From the NCBI RefSeq assembly GCF_963506605.1, contig NC_083278.1, forward strand, positions 80,848,001 through 80,912,000: 64,000 bases of DNA. The letters run 5' to 3'. The notes beneath the pieces are model-generated. The model had not been told where the DNA came from. It made no database searches and worked only from the letters and a program-made list of their open reading frames with translations. Source of the DNA: Zootoca vivipara (taxonomy: Eukaryota). Shown one piece after another: positions 63,820 to 64,000 of the stretch; position 1 is the first letter of the stretch, and each line of letters opens with the position of its first letter. A program made the position numbers and the translations under genes.

Positions 63820-64000
63820 AGAGTGGGTCCTTGTTGCAGTTGCTGTTGGAAGGGAATTATGAGGCCATTTTACTAAGTAAAGCAGTCCAGGATATTTTCA
63901 GAGCACCTGAAGTAGCAGAAGAGGATACCATTGCCAGCTACTTAGAAAAGCAGATTCAAGATTATCTGGACTGTTCTTCTGTAGATACGGATCCTATGGA
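63820..64000 (+). CDS. TTC27: TTC27 coding exon 2, copy B (runs off the window end)
   Basis: Same acceptor and frame; continues ...VDTD-P-M-GA(x), compatible with human ...DLDTTER near the end of exon 2. Confidence 0.92.

Larger units (their letters stand above)
25848..63993 (+). repeat. Tandem segmental duplication, complete 38,146-bp unit (copy B): BIRC6 intron to TTC27 exon 2
   Basis: The copies diverge right after ...GATACGGATC (25847 vs 63993): ACAATGC in copy A, CTATGGA in copy B. That 25848..38146 is also duplicated upstream of the window is inferred. Confidence 0.9.

Noticed and set aside
25848-63993. Simple circular contig overlap or endless concatemer of a 38-kb circle
   Set aside because: Copy B exits into different, TTC27-compatible sequence (CTATGGA) instead of repeating the junction. 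This rests on only 7 bases.

Overview
Eukaryotic genomic DNA from a squamate reptile (Sauria SINEs; probably a lacertid lizard), at the vertebrate BIRC6-TTC27 gene boundary. The dominant feature is an apparently perfect head-to-tail duplication with a period of 38,146 bp: 1..25847 recurs at 38147..63993. The junction (25847/25848) lies inside TTC27 exon 2, directly after a GATC, and joins it to an intron of BIRC6. This creates a chimeric unit: TTC27 CpG promoter + exon 1 + truncated exon 2, followed by the last two BIRC6 exons and their 3' UTR. The second TTC27 copy continues normally at the window end. The rest is intergenic or intronic and rich in transposable elements: L2, CR1, Penelope (a GIY-YIG remnant and a short hammerhead-motif insert), a solo LTR, non-autonomous Helitrons, hAT and Tc1/pogo MITEs, Sauria SINEs and micro/minisatellites. 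Almost all ORFs in the supplied track are spurious. From sequence alone I cannot tell whether the duplication is a real, very recent structural variant or a library/assembly artifact.
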